Shown here in pieces: positions 63,721 through 64,000 of a stretch of DNA of 64,000 bases; the stretch's first letter is position 1, and every line of letters begins with the position of its first letter. The notes beneath the pieces are model-generated. The model had not been told where the DNA came from, searched no databases, and saw only the letters and a program-made list of their open reading frames with translations. Location of the stretch: contig MWTC01000031.1 in the NCBI GenBank assembly GCA_002066995.1, positions 11,649-75,648 of the forward strand, given 5' to 3'. The translations under genes and the position numbers were made by a program. Source of the DNA: Sphingobacteriales bacterium UTBCD1 (GTDB lineage: Bacteria > Bacteroidota > Bacteroidia > Chitinophagales > Chitinophagaceae).

Positions 63721-64000
63721 TCAGGAATTTGAAGCAGGCGGCGTATCCTCAATATCAGTTTTCCGGCCAAAAAATACTTTATATAAAACAGGCAAAGTAG
63801 TTATCAGAACGATTATGATCGTGATCGCTTCGATATGATCTTTAAGGCTGTAATTATAATTTTTTAATACCCACCGTTGTAAAAAATGTCCTCCAAGCAT
63901 CATAGAAGATACCCAGCAAAAACTTCCCAGTATATTATAAAATGAGAAAACAGCTTTATTCATTTTTACCATCCCGGCAACAATTGGCGCAAAAGTTCTT
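63721..64000 (-). CDS. DedA/VTT-family membrane protein, C-terminal part (gene continues beyond the window)
   Basis: The frame stays open upstream of the ORF-track Met (…RTFAPIVAGMVKMNKAVFSFYNILGSFCWV), matching the DedA motif R.F.P..AG...M....F..YN..G...W. Confidence 0.7.
   Translation of the reverse strand, partial: RTFAPIVAGMVKMNKAVFSFYNILGSFCWVSSMMLGGHFLQRWVLKNYNYSLKDHIEAITIIIVLITTLPVLYKVFFGRKTDIEDTPPASNS

Overview
This 64-kb window looks like a Bacteroidota chromosome, probably Chitinophagaceae- or Sphingobacteriia-like. The grounds are a SusC/SusD pair, a murF-less mraZ-to-ftsZ division/cell-wall cluster, a separate atpD-atpC unit and a TAnnTTTG-type promoter. No composition statistics were computed. 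About two thirds is housekeeping: the complete dcw cluster mraZ-rsmH-ftsL-ftsI-murE-mraY-murD-ftsW-murG-murC-ftsQ-ftsA-ftsZ (25.0-42.0 kb, minus strand), queA, atpD/atpC and dnaX. The left 17 kb is a co-directional accessory block. It holds an ArsR-SRPBCC pair, PhnB-like genes (one decayed), a phosphoesterase/phospholipase-C-like protein with an unrecognised N-terminal repeat plus an unknown partner, a gshA-gshB operon, a 1804-aa Ser/Thr-kinase/STAND-ATPase/TPR/GAF/class-III-cyclase protein and a gamma-glutamylcyclotransferase-like gene. The most interesting region is 46.7-50.4 kb, and I could not match it to a described system. A lipoprotein ORF ends in a glycine-zipper module. It is followed by five start-less copies of that C-terminal module, interleaved with six paralogous 71-77 aa two-helix membrane ORFs, all arranged as a diverged ~1345-bp tandem duplication. 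This is the architecture of a polymorphic toxin/immunity locus with orphan cassettes. The full-length gene is also out of frame at a C8/T7 homopolymer pair inside its signal peptide. Other notable points: a four-helix-bundle (23S-IVS-protein family) gene wedged between atpD and atpC and bracketed by a perfect 13-bp inverted repeat; an A9 run in dnaX with stops in both alternative frames (candidate gamma-subunit slippage site); 10-bp-phased GTGG boxes upstream of mraZ; a structured segment between the ftsZ stop and its terminator; and a three-copy intergenic repeat family. I found no rRNA, tRNA, CRISPR array, transposase or integrase.
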